Shown here one piece after another: positions 17,942 through 28,300 of a DNA stretch of 52,440 nt. The notes below the pieces were generated by a model. It saw only the letters and a program-made list of their open reading frames with translations, was not told where the DNA came from and ran no database searches. Each line of letters starts with the position of its first letter. Position 1 is the stretch's first letter. A program made the translations under genes and the position numbers. Origin of the DNA: Alphaproteobacteria bacterium (GTDB lineage: Bacteria > Pseudomonadota > Alphaproteobacteria > Rickettsiales > SXRF01); the NCBI GenBank assembly GCA_009926845.1, contig RFOF01000003.1:1-52440 (forward strand), given 5' to 3'.

Positions 17942-20900
17942 TTAAGAAATTGTTGCCTGACCAGAAACACCGCGCCCGATGATGGCCGATACTTGGTAAA
18001 CCTTGACCACGAAGCTGCTTTGCACTGAGCCGAAATCTGCCACTTGCTGCGCGGCGGTATAGACCAGCGAAGGCGTAGTGATGCCTTCCACCGTGCGCAC
18101 GACGGTCAAGCCGTTCATAATTTGCACATGGTAAAGCTCGCTTTGCTCGGAAAGTGGAACATCCACGCCATCGCGCCATTCTCCGCCAAGCCGTGTCCGA
18201 CGCAGCCACGTTATCGTCCAGTCATTCGTGGCTGGAAGATTTCGTGTGCCTTTGATATTCACAGGAGAATACGGGCGAAGGGTTTTACCCGTATAGGTGA
18301 ATACCTGCTCGACAGTGGTTGCTAGGCTTCCGCCAACGGAAACAGGCTTGTAATGCCTTGCCAGCCCTATGATGCTGTTTTGCACTGCCACACGCACCAG
18401 ATTGGACGAAAGCAGCACAAATCGCTCTGCAAGGGCATGGGTGCCCACCTCGTGTTCTGTGCCAAGCCTGCCGCGAAGCAGTTTTGACAGGCGGTATTTT
18501 TTATCCGCCAGAAGCTGCGCGTTTTGAAACTGGATGACTTCGTTTCCGAGAATAGCAACGTTGCCGCCATTGAGAACACCAAGCTCGCTTATGCTTGAAA
18601 GTGTGCCAAACTGGAGCAACACATCAACGGTGTTGGCATAATCCCAGCTATTTGAGGAATATGGAGCAAGAAGCGTTAACGCACCGCCTACCGTATGTTC
18701 CGTATCAGTGGATGACATAACGGCGAAAGTATTGCCACCAGCTTGCCCGCCATCATCGGAGCGGTAGATGACCGAGCCTTCCCAGTTTTCGCCTTGGGAA
18801 ACAGTAGCTGCACGCAAAATCCCTACGCCTTCCGTATCGTTTGGCAAGGCTGGCAAGTCCAGCAGCTCAAGGCGCGTATTGGGAATGATTGTTCCAGGCT
18901 GCGCGATGGGTGGGGTTTCACCAGGCGGAGTGTAGAAGTCATAGGTAGATACGTCTTCCGCAACCGCGGTCACTTCCATTAAGCCTGTGCGCTCAATTTT
19001 CGTGGTGCTAACACGCATCACATAATTCACGCCGTCGATCGCTAGGGTGAGAATGTCAGTTGGCTCAATCAGGCAATACTTAGCAGGTAGCGTGAATTTG
19101 AAACCCACCCTAGACACCCACGCATTATAAAGCGTGATGTCTGCTACCGTTTTTGCATACTGGTCAGTGGATACTACCGGCACGTTGATGCCGACAGAAT
19201 CAACGGCATTAACCGTTTGCCGCTGCGACATCTGCGTACCAGGGTCATAATTTGCCGTGCGGCTGATATAGGTGATGTTCACCTGTTGCGGTAAATCCAG
19301 CTCCTGCTTGCGGGTGATTTCAACTTCCTCACGGATGCTGCCACCGCTGCTATTAGTCACCAGCTCGTCTTGCGTGATATTGGCGATGGACTGACCACCG
19401 CGCGGCACAAATTTAATGATGCCGTCCGTTTCCACCGCATCGAAATTGAACATGGATTGCAGCTGCTCGATGCGTTCGCGGCAACTCAGCACCTGCAAAA
19501 TCACATAACCATCAAGCTGCTGCGTGAGGCGTGTGACGTCAAAATCCGTATCTTCGAGCCCAGCCTTTTTTAGCAATACGGCGATAACTGCGCCTAAAGT
19601 GGACGTGCCTAGCTTGCCGTTGACCCAGTGGCCTGTTTTCCAAAGCTGCCAATCTGCCCAGAAGTTTGACAAGTCAGGCCAGAATGGGAAAGGTCTTGCG
19701 TCCCACGTCCAGATAAACCGACGTTGCACCAGATCCGTGTTGCCAGATAGCAGCCTGCGAGTTTCAAGAAAATCCAGCGAAGCGTTAAGCGCAGTACGTT
19801 GCGCCATAAAATCCACTCTGCCTTTGGAGGCGCGAGGAAAATAGGATTCGATCGATGTCGGGTCATAAAACACATTAGGCTGATTGGTGCAGCCGTCCAC
19901 ACTTGGAAAGCCCATCTCGGTAAACCAGATAGGCTTCATTTTGACAGTCCAAGCGGTTGTTACCGCATTGGGGTTGGTGTGTGTGTGCTTCCACCAGTAT
20001 TCAACATTTTTCCAAGCATAGACTTGGTTTGCGTAATTGGTTTGTCCAGTTCGGTTGACGGAATCGGTGAAATAATAATCCCAGCCTTCGCCACTTTCCC
20101 AGTATTGCTTCACCACATCTTCGGTGATTTGGGTTTGCGGCAAATCAGGCGTAAGCGGGAAATAACAATCAATGCCGACAAAATCGATATTGGGTGATGC
20201 CCAAAGCGGGTCGAGATTAAACCAGCCACCTTGTGAGTGATATTCGCTCCAATCCGCAGCATAGCTGACTTTTACGCCAGCACCGACAGCAGTTTTCACA
20301 GATGCAGCAAGGCTTACAAGCTGCGATACCGCTGGATAGCTTCCTGCCGAAGGCGTGAAGCTGGTCATGCCGATCAGCTCCGAGCCAATCACAAATGCGT
20401 CAATGTTATTTTTGAGGTAAACACCGCCGATATTGAGGTTGGCGTACCAGTTGACGAAAGCATTATAGCCATTGGTTTTGGTGAACCAGTTGTTGCAATC
20501 GGTCGCATTGGCTGGAGCGATTCGCCCACGCCAAGGTTTTGGAGTTGGGGTAATCTGGTCAACAAAGACCATCGGATAAAACAGGACTTTGATGCCGAGA
20601 GCTTTCAGCTTCACGCATAAATCCAATACGGATTTGTCCGAAGGCGTCCCGCCGTATGTTGGCGAACCATCGCCAAATTGCAGCACCTGTTGTGCCGTGG
20701 CGCGGGTTAGACCAGCAACCGCCCAGTCAACGGGTGTAAAAGTAGTGGTGCTGGCTGGGTTTTCAACTTTTGGAATGATGGTGCAAGTGCCCGCATCCGT
20801 AGATGTCGCAAACCAGCTGACAACAAGGGCAACCCATTCCAGATTTGGGAAGGTTTTGAGTAGCTGGTCAACCGCCACATTGACGTTAGCAGTTGCCTCA

Positions 20901-21712
20901 AAATTGTGCATATTGAGCGGAATCTGCGGCCCACTCGCCACAACTTGCGCACCAGCAATTTCAGTGTTTTGCTTATAGACGATGGACGGTGAATAGACGA
21001 ACTCACCCGCCCCAGGAATCATAACCACGTCTTTGATTTTGTCTTCAACGGCTGGATAGAACCGCACGTTGCGCTTCACTTCAAAAGTGAAATTGGGAAT
21101 GCGATTGCCAAACGCTGCCAGCGGAAAATCTTGGATAACAATATACGCCGTGCCACGATAAGCAGGCACATTGCCGGCACCCTCAAACCCTTCCATGATG
21201 GGGTCAGGCAGTTGTGATTCAGTGCCAAGATATACGTTGTATTTTCCTTGGCTTGCCTGCAACAGGCTATCATCTAAAATCTTAGCATCGGCATAAACGC
21301 GCACAACTTCATCAATCGGCCCTTCGCTAATCGAAATTGCAAGGGTGGCAAAGTATTCGTAGGAAACTTGTGATTGCGATGTTTTGCCGCCACCACCACC
21401 GCCGCCTTTACCGCCACGCTGCGAGGTCGTAGTCGTGGTTTCAACGCGCACTTCTTTTATCGGCCGCGCCCAGATGACATTGCCAGCAAGCCGAGCTTGT
21501 CCGTAAACCTCTGGAATCACTTTTCCGTAGTTGGAGGTTTGAACGCGCAGATCAGATAAACGTGGCCCTTCAACAGTTGGGAGGCGCACAGTTTGCCCGC
21601 CGCCGAACATCCCGCCAATAGCAGAACCAAGGCTAAATCCAATAGCCGCGCCTTGTGGCCCGCCAACGATGAATCCACCGACAGCGCCAATAACAGGTAA
21701 TACGCCGCTCAT
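17942..21712 (-). CDS. Tail-tip multidomain protein (RcGTA g15/megatron-like, TIM-barrel plus phage tail domain)
   Basis: EGPRLSDL, PAYRGTAY, FGNRIPNFTFEV, AFVIGSEL, SYAADWSEY, PIWFTEMG and WTWDARPFP motifs. Confidence 0.92.
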   Translation of the reverse strand: MSGVLPVIGAVGGFIVGGPQGAAIGFSLGSAIGGMFGGGQTVRLPTVEGPRLSDLRVQTSNYGKVIPEVYGQARLAGNVIWARPIKEVRVETTTTTSQRGGKGGGGGGGKTSQSQVSYEYFATLAISISEGPIDEVVRVYADAKILDDSLLQASQGKYNVYLGTESQLPDPIMEGFEGAGNVPAYRGTAYIVIQDFPLAAFGNRIPNFTFEVKRNVRFYPAVEDKIKDVVMIPGAGEFVYSPSIVYKQNTEIAGAQVVASGPQIPLNMHNFEATANVNVAVDQLLKTFPNLEWVALVVSWFATSTDAGTCTIIPKVENPASTTTFTPVDWAVAGLTRATAQQVLQFGDGSPTYGGTPSDKSVLDLCVKLKALGIKVLFYPMVFVDQITPTPKPWRGRIAPANATDCNNWFTKTNGYNAFVNWYANLNIGGVYLKNNIDAFVIGSELIGMTSFTPSAGSYPAVSQLVSLAASVKTAVGAGVKVSYAADWSEYHSQGGWFNLDPLWASPNIDFVGIDCYFPLTPDLPQTQITEDVVKQYWESGEGWDYYFTDSVNRTGQTNYANQVYAWKNVEYWWKHTHTNPNAVTTAWTVKMKPIWFTEMGFPSVDGCTNQPNVFYDPTSIESYFPRASKGRVDFMAQRTALNASLDFLETRRLLSGNTDLVQRRFIWTWDARPFPFWPDLSNFWADWQLWKTGHWVNGKLGTSTLGAVIAVLLKKAGLEDTDFDVTRLTQQLDGYVILQVLSCRERIEQLQSMFNFDAVETDGIIKFVPRGGQSIANITQDELVTNSSGGSIREEVEITRKQELDLPQQVNITYISRTANYDPGTQMSQRQTVNAVDSVGINVPVVSTDQYAKTVADITLYNAWVSRVGFKFTLPAKYCLIEPTDILTLAIDGVNYVMRVSTTKIERTGLMEVTAVAEDVSTYDFYTPPGETPPIAQPGTIIPNTRLELLDLPALPNDTEGVGILRAATVSQGENWEGSVIYRSDDGGQAGGNTFAVMSSTDTEHTVGGALTLLAPYSSNSWDYANTVDVLLQFGTLSSISELGVLNGGNVAILGNEVIQFQNAQLLADKKYRLSKLLRGRLGTEHEVGTHALAERFVLLSSNLVRVAVQNSIIGLARHYKPVSVGGSLATTVEQVFTYTGKTLRPYSPVNIKGTRNLPATNDWTITWLRRTRLGGEWRDGVDVPLSEQSELYHVQIMNGLTVVRTVEGITTPSLVYTAAQQVADFGSVQSSFVVKVYQVSAIIGRGVSGQATIS

Positions 21713-22182
21713 GGTGCTTCGTAGGTAATTAGTTGTTCGGGTTTGAAGCGGTATGCCTGCACCAGCATGGACATCCAGCCTTCATTCAGGCGATGCTCAA
21801 TCACAAATTCAGAATTAGAATAGCAGTGCAAGATGCCGAGTGTGCCGTCAGCGCGGTCAGTAATAAAACCAACGTGTTGAGGTTGTTGCTGAAATCGGAA
21901 TAGCGCAATGTCTCCAGGCGCAATCTCACTGAGCATGATGCTTTGCAAGTGCTCATCAAGCATGGCTTTAAGCCTGACGCCATCGGGTAATGGCGAATAA
22001 TTGGTGTCATCATGTGCGCTTAAACGCCCGCCGTTTCCGTCTGAAAGATTCAGCTCATCAATCACGCCGACAATCAGCCCGATGCAATCCACGCCTGCGC
22101 CTTTCACGCGCCCTTGATGGTGAAAGGGTGTGCGAAGCCAGCTCCGCGCGGTGCGGATTATATCTTGTGTGGTGATCTGCAT
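21709..22182 (-). CDS. NlpC/P60 cell-wall peptidase (RcGTA g14-like)
   Basis: ARSWLRTPFHHQG...GVDCIGL catalytic Cys; HVG and ILHC His motifs. Confidence 0.92.
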   Translation of the reverse strand: MQITTQDIIRTARSWLRTPFHHQGRVKGAGVDCIGLIVGVIDELNLSDGNGGRLSAHDDTNYSPLPDGVRLKAMLDEHLQSIMLSEIAPGDIALFRFQQQPQHVGFITDRADGTLGILHCYSNSEFVIEHRLNEGWMSMLVQAYRFKPEQLITYEAP

Positions 22183-22184
22183 GG

Positions 22185-23027
22185 TTACATGGTTCCTGAG
22201 GTTTTCATTATCGCGTCGGTTCCGGGAACATGGGGTTCGCCACGAAAATTATTCACGTTGTTGAATTTAGTTTTGCAGGTGGAAAAAATCTTGTCGCATC
22301 CTGCCACCGCTTTGAAGGTATCACCCACTTGCAGCGCATAAGGCATTGGAAGTGCGAGTATGATTTGCTTGTTTGAGAATTCTTTGATTTCTCGCTTCAA
22401 TCCAGCATTGGCGCCAGTGAGCCATTGAATTTCTCCGCCTGTGAAATATCCAGCCGCTTGAGTTAGAGCGTTTGCAGTAAAGATGCCGCCGCTAGTAACC
22501 ACGTTGATGGTTGCGTTAAATGAGAAGCTGGTAAGATTAACGTTGCAGCGGGAATCGCCCAGAATTGCGCGGCACGATGGGCTGCAAAGCTGACCTTGAT
22601 GTTGCTGCAAGGCTTCGGAAATGCCCCGCAGCTCGGCAACGAAAGTATCTTTTTGCAGCCTGACTTCGCCCAGCTTGCCGCGCTTGAGCCACATACGCCC
22701 TTGTGAAATATCCAGATAATTAACAAGGAAAATCTCAACTTCGGCATAGTCATAAATTCCTGCCATCAGGTCAGGTGCGGTGATATAGCCTGTTTGCAGC
22801 ACCCCTTGCACATCAAGATTATCAACGGAAAAATCGTCTTTTGATTCAATGCTGGAAGGCGTGAATCCGACAATGCTGAGATAGGTGTTGCCGCCAAACA
22901 CAATGTCTTTGTCGCAATCGGTGTAGGTTTTTATCACACCATCGGTGCGAATGATTTTCCAGCACGTCGCAAGCGTGGTGACATCGCCCTGCAAATGCAG
23001 ATTAAAACTGGGACTGACGCTGCGCAT
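22185..23027 (-). CDS. Baseplate hub protein, DUF2163/BR0599 family (RcGTA g13-like)
   Basis: TTLATCWKI, CRAILGDSRC and AGCDK...C...FNNVNNFRGEP motifs. Confidence 0.92.
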   Translation of the reverse strand: MRSVSPSFNLHLQGDVTTLATCWKIIRTDGVIKTYTDCDKDIVFGGNTYLSIVGFTPSSIESKDDFSVDNLDVQGVLQTGYITAPDLMAGIYDYAEVEIFLVNYLDISQGRMWLKRGKLGEVRLQKDTFVAELRGISEALQQHQGQLCSPSCRAILGDSRCNVNLTSFSFNATINVVTSGGIFTANALTQAAGYFTGGEIQWLTGANAGLKREIKEFSNKQIILALPMPYALQVGDTFKAVAGCDKIFSTCKTKFNNVNNFRGEPHVPGTDAIMKTSGTM

Positions 23028-23626
23028 TATTTCAATTCGATAAGAGTGATGCTTTCCCAGCTGCGAGTGCCAAAGTCATCAATGCTGGGGTCGAGATAGT
23101 CAGTGTCAAAGCGCACTGGAACATCAAATTCAAAATCAGCCGTAACAATGACGGTATTGCCAACTGGAGCAGTGAAAGTGATGATGCCAGTGGTATAATC
23201 CAGCGTGAACCCGCTGCCTTGCAAAACGCCATTGAGATAGACTTTGAACGTGCCATTATTCACGGGCTTAGTGATCGTGCGAATTTCTGTCACTGCACCG
23301 CTGGTGTATTTTTTCACCAGCTGAAATTGAGTAAGAACGCCGTTACCTGTACCGATGTTTTGCCCAGCTGCTTGATAATCCGTCCAGTCTTTGAAGCGGA
23401 AACCATGCGCCTTGCCACGGCGCGCGCGGAAGAATGCTATCAGGTCATCGAGCTGCGCTGGTGTTTTCACGCCATGAGCAACGCTGTATCTGGCGCGGGC
23501 TTGGCTCCAGTTGCTATTGCGCTGTTCTTTGCCGCTGACCAGCTCTGTCACATCGGTGGAGTATTCTGGCCCACCGCGTGAGCCGTAAGAAATATCACTG
23601 GGAAATTGCACTTCAATAAAACTCAT
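23027..23626 (-). CDS. Distal tail protein, DUF2460 family (RcGTA g12-like)
   Basis: FPSDISYGSRGGP, FFRARRG...FRFKDWTD and FEFDVPVRFDTD motifs. Confidence 0.92.
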   Translation of the reverse strand: MSFIEVQFPSDISYGSRGGPEYSTDVTELVSGKEQRNSNWSQARARYSVAHGVKTPAQLDDLIAFFRARRGKAHGFRFKDWTDYQAAGQNIGTGNGVLTQFQLVKKYTSGAVTEIRTITKPVNNGTFKVYLNGVLQGSGFTLDYTTGIITFTAPVGNTVIVTADFEFDVPVRFDTDYLDPSIDDFGTRSWESITLIELK

Positions 23627-23634
23627 GGGGATTC

Positions 23635-23907
23635 CTATTTAACGATGATTTCAATATCGATGCTCTGATCGACGGTTTCACCGGCCGAGGTGGTGATGCG
23701 GTTTGTGATGCGGTTTACCGTTCCAAGTGTGCCGCCAGAAATTGTCACATTAGCTTGCTTGCCGACGAGGGTTTGCCCAACTTTTGTGACTCCGCTTGCC
23801 ACTGTCCAGTCGCTGCTGGTGACAGTTTCTGCGCCAAGATATTCTGACCAATCCACGCCAAAGCTGATGACCTCGTCGGGGTCTTTATATTTTCGTTCTA
23901 TACTCAT
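23635..23907 (-). CDS. Putative fibre-tail adaptor protein
   Basis: KDPDEVISFGVDWS...ITNRITTSAG pattern of small phage Ig-like adaptors; located in the tail module. Confidence 0.65.
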   Translation of the reverse strand: MSIERKYKDPDEVISFGVDWSEYLGAETVTSSDWTVASGVTKVGQTLVGKQANVTISGGTLGTVNRITNRITTSAGETVDQSIDIEIIVK

Positions 23908-23909
23908 GG

Positions 23910-24065
23910 TTAATTTGCCAGTGGACGTGCAATCACGACGTTATTTCTTTGAGGTTTAATAATGTTCTGATTGGGCTTTGGGATGATGATATTGGCCGCC
24001 TTAGGCAAAGGCAGAACAACATCAAAAGCATCGCCTTGAAATGAGAGCTCGTCAAAGCCGTCCAT
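23910..24065 (-). CDS. 51-aa phage protein missed by the ORF track (MDGFDELSFQGDAFDVVLPLPK...RPLAN)
   Basis: Fills the gap between its neighbours (2-3 nt spacing on each side) on the operon strand. Confidence 0.6.
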   Translation of the reverse strand: MDGFDELSFQGDAFDVVLPLPKAANIIIPKPNQNIIKPQRNNVVIARPLAN

Positions 24066-24068
24066 ATT

Positions 24069-24401
24069 TTATACGTCGATTGAATTGTTGAAGAAGCTAT
24101 AGAGCGTTCCATCCTTGCCGATAGGCGTGTCTTTAACCGTTTCAGCAAGGAGATATGCGCCAGAAACCAGCTGCGATTCATTTTCCAGATTTACGAAGAA
24201 ATCTTTGTAGAGCTGTGGAGTCACACGGTAGGTTTTCGCACCGATGCTACGGTCACCATTTTCCCGCGCTTTAGCATTCGCAAATCCAAAGAAGGTGATG
24301 CTGCCAAGTTTCTCGATGAGCGAAAGGTTGATTTGAGCAAGCTCCCAGTAGCTCTCAGGAAAGTTGATTCCGAAAGCGTCAAATGACATTTGTTTAGGCA
24401 T
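24069..24401 (-). CDS. Phage hypothetical protein
   Basis: 110-aa ORF with GGAG RBS, in the tail operon. Confidence 0.65.
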   Translation of the reverse strand: MPKQMSFDAFGINFPESYWELAQINLSLIEKLGSITFFGFANAKARENGDRSIGAKTYRVTPQLYKDFFVNLENESQLVSGAYLLAETVKDTPIGKDGTLYSFFNNSIDV

Positions 24402-24424
24402 GGTTTTTCTCCGTTGTTAGTTGG

Positions 24425-25300
24425 TTAATAGAGTTCGTAAGTGGTTCCGCTTGGGTCTTTGAAAACCAGTTTTCCGTAATTGTTGCTGTAGTAGATGCTG
24501 TTATTGTCAGCATCGCCGTCATACATCTGAGCTGGTTTGAATCCGCCGTTGCGGGAAATTGCCGCCATTGGGTTTCCCCAGTAATCCTGCCATTGTTGCA
24601 GATCGGCATATTGGTAATAGAACGAGCGGATTATCTGGCGCGGATTATAGCCATACCCGCCATCACTATTAAGGTTCAGCGTATGGTTGTTGAAATCATA
24701 ATTGAGATATGAATCACCGTTGAAATTTCCGTAATAGTTAAATTGCAAGTCACCAGTGCTTCCACCAGGAGGGAAATATCCGCCACCCCCGCCATCCGCT
24801 CCATAGAGATTATTGCCATAGCTGGCATAGCTGTAGTCATTGAAATAAATATCGTTGTAATAGCCTTGATAGCTGCCGTTTACATAGATATTTACGCCTG
24901 AACCACCACCTCCGCCCGCATATTGCCAAGACACATTGCTGCCATCGGTATAGAGAAAATACCCGCCGTAATAGCCTTGATATGGAAGCAAGCTATTGAT
25001 TGCGCTGGCTTGGTCATAACCACCAGTACCGCCTAAATTGAGTGGCAAAATACCTGTTGCATCATTGCTTAAATCAATCTGATTCAGCGTTGCGAGTGAG
25101 CCAAGTTCAAGATTAGCTCTGGCATCATACGGATTGTTTGCTGCCAAGCCGCCAAATTGCATCGGGAGAATGCCGTAAATTTCATCTCCAGCCGCAAGAT
25201 TGATATAGACGTCATGGTCAGCATTCCAGTGAGATGGCTTTACCTTGCTTGGATCTGTGCCATCAGGCTTAAAACTAACAAAGGGGTGCTTTACAGGCAT
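24425..25300 (-). CDS. Tyr/Gly/Asn-rich fibre-like virion protein
   Basis: PSHWNADH N-terminus and GILPxxxGGTG, ARANLELG, LxTDGSNVSW and PGGSxxxLQFN fibre-type motifs. Confidence 0.65.
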   Translation of the reverse strand: MPVKHPFVSFKPDGTDPSKVKPSHWNADHDVYINLAAGDEIYGILPMQFGGLAANNPYDARANLELGSLATLNQIDLSNDATGILPLNLGGTGGYDQASAINSLLPYQGYYGGYFLYTDGSNVSWQYAGGGGGSGVNIYVNGSYQGYYNDIYFNDYSYASYGNNLYGADGGGGGYFPPGGSTGDLQFNYYGNFNGDSYLNYDFNNHTLNLNSDGGYGYNPRQIIRSFYYQYADLQQWQDYWGNPMAAISRNGGFKPAQMYDGDADNNSIYYSNNYGKLVFKDPSGTTYELY

Positions 25301-25318
25301 GATTAAGCAGTTCCATAT

Positions 25319-28300
25319 TTACAGGTTTCTCTTGGCGCGGTTGATGGCGCGCGCGGCATCAGCGGCAATCTGACCTTGGCTACGGCGGAATGAGCCAGCG
25401 TCTTGTGTGGTGATGTTCATTTGCACGGTAATGTTGTCGCCTTGTTGGGCGTTATTATCGTTGCTTGATGAACCGCCACTGTTTTTCGGAATAAACAACT
25501 CACGCCCACGCTCGCCGCCTGCATAGCTCATGCCGGCAACGACAGAGCCGCCATCAGCACGGAAGCCGCCAAACCTGCCAGCAAGCATGAGCGTTACAAT
25601 GTCTTTCGACATATCCCGCGGCAGATTGTCGTTGGCTGCTTTTGACGCTTTGCTAAACACATCATTGGAGATGATTTCACCGTTCACTGGCGGGATGAAT
25701 AACTCCGGCCCACGCTCGCCAACGATGATCGGTGTGCGCGCGCTGACAGATCCGCCATCAGCAAAGAAGCCGCCGAACAGACTAAGCCCCGTGCTGATAA
25801 GCGACATAATGCCGCCACCGCCACCAAAACCGCCACCGCCGAACAGCCCAGAAACTAAGCCGCCAATGCCGCTAAACGCACCAGAAAGCCCAGAGGTCAG
25901 CGAAGAAAACAAACCGCCAAGGCTGCTTAAAAAGCCGCCACCTGCACCGGATGCAGAAAACAGATTGCCCAGCATTCCGATGAAGCCGCTACTGCCTGCG
26001 CTTTGTTCACTGAATGTGTCAGCAAGTGCCGCGCCTTGATTCTGGCCGAATTTGCTTTTATCGGGGTCAAGCCACGGCAGGGCTTGTTGCTGTTTTTGCT
26101 GCCCACCGCCGAATAAGCCGCTCACCATATTAAGGATGCCGCCAAATCCGCCACCTGAGCCACCGCCCAAAATGCCAGAAAAGATACTGCCGATATTGCT
26201 GAAAATTCCAGACAGACCCGAAGTCAGTGAAGAGAATAGCCCGCCCAGCCTGCTCATGAATCCACCGCCGGCAGTGCCAGAAGGTGAAAACAAATTGCCG
26301 AGCATTCCGAGGAAGCCACTGCTGCCAGCACTTTGCTGACCGAAGGCATCTGCGAATGCACCGCCTTGGTCTTGACCGAAATTATCGTTGGCAGGCGTAT
26401 TCAGCCAAGGCAATTGCGATTGTTGCTGTTGCTGCTTGTTGCCGCCAAGTAATCCACCGCCACCACTGAATAGTTGCTCGGTGATGCCGCTAAGTAATCC
26501 GCCGCTGCGCCCACCGTAAATAGTCGATTTCTGACCAAGCAGCGCATCCATAATCGGGCGTGAGGCAATCTCGGTTACGGTATCAAGCCAGAGGTTTTTG
26601 AAGCCAGAAAGCATATCTTTCCAGCCGTCTTTACCTTTGGTCAGGACGGATTTGAAGCCGTCCTTGAAGGTGCTTTCAAAATTGCCGTTGAATTGTTCGA
26701 TCAGCCGTTGGTTCTCGCGTAGCACAGGGTCTTGATATTCAAGCTCCGCACGCAAATCTGCCGCCTTGCGCCTAATAGCTTCATAGCCTTCAGCCGTTGT
26801 TGGTTGGAGGCGGTTCAGCTCTGCAATGGCGAGATTGTAATTTTCCTGCGGGGTGCGGGTTTGTTCAATAAGCTGCGCCAGCTTGTTCTGGTCATCCATG
26901 CGCTGCTTATTTGACTGTTCCAGCTCAAAGTTGTGGGTAATCTGCGCTTTGGTATCATCCACGTTTTTGCGCTGCGCTGCCGAAAGTTTGTCGTAGCTTC
27001 CGACAGATTCCTTAACGGCTTTGTCCACATCGGCAAGACGTTTGCCCAGCTCATCCAAGCCAGATTCCTGTGCATTCTGCGCGGAATTTTGCGACAGGCC
27101 GCGCAGTTCATCGGATAGGCTTTTGGTAGAAGAACCGCCACGGCCTGATTTATTGGTTTGCGTTTGCAGCCCAGGCAAATCCACTTTGAAGCCAGTGGAT
27201 TTTGGAAGTTGTGGCCCAAAAGCAGTGTCTGATACTTTCACGCCCTTGCCAGCGGCATCTGCGGCTTTACCAGAAGAGCTTCCGCTTTTAGCAGCGTCAG
27301 TTTCTTTCTGCAGGCGGTTTGCTTCGCCGACAATATCATCAACCAGCCCGCCGAAATACTCAATGACACCGCTGAAAACATCGGCAACGTAAGATTTTAG
27401 GCCGCTGAACATTCCAGTTACGGAGTCATACATAGATTGGAAAATGCCAGTGATAGACTGCACCGCCGAATCAATGTATTCGCCAACAGATTGCATGGCA
27501 CTTTTCACGGAATCGTAAATGCCAGAAAAGACCGATGCCACCGGTTCAAGCAGATTGCCAAAATAAGCTGCGGCATCATTAAGTGCCGTGCCGATCGCCT
27601 CTTTAATCGAAGCGAAGGTATCGCTCACCGCTTGGCGAATTGAATCCCAAACCGCACTTGCGCGTTCGGAGAGTGCTGCAAATGCTTGGCTGGCAATATC
27701 GGTAGCTTGGCTGAAACCTGTGCCAATCCACTCACCCAAAGCACGGACGCTATTGCCCACACGCTGCGTGACCACGTTCCAAGTTGCCTGAATAACATTG
27801 GCGACAGAGGCATGAAGTGGCCCTATATCAACGATTTTGTCTTTCAGAAGTTGGTAAGTGGCAATCAAAGCGGTAACCGCCAAAATCACCCAGCCGACAG
27901 GTCCAATAAGGATTTCAAACGCCACGCCTAATCCACCAACGGCTACAGAAAGTCCGCGCATAGCAACGCCTGCAATCATTCCGACTGATTGCAAACTTGC
28001 AAAGCGAGTTAGCAATCCGCCTATAGTTGTGGCAATGCGCGTGAAGCCAGAAGCCACCGCTGGCCCATTGATGCCCAGCAAGCCAAGTGCGGTATTGAGC
28101 AAATAAGTACCTACGGCGCCAGCACGAGCAGCAAGGGAAAGACTGCCAGTTGCTGCCGCTGCACGTCCTGCTGTGCCGACGTAAAGATTTGCAGCTGCTT
28201 GAGATGCCACCATTGCACGAGCCGCCTGTGTGTTGGCGGCTGCATTGGCGATAGCTTCTATCGTGCCGATCCGCAGGACACGGACAACGTCCATGCCCAC

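Noticed and set aside
24425-25300. Diversity-generating retroelement target
   Set aside because: No reverse transcriptase and no template/variable repeat pair differing at adenines was seen in the window; composition alone is insufficient.
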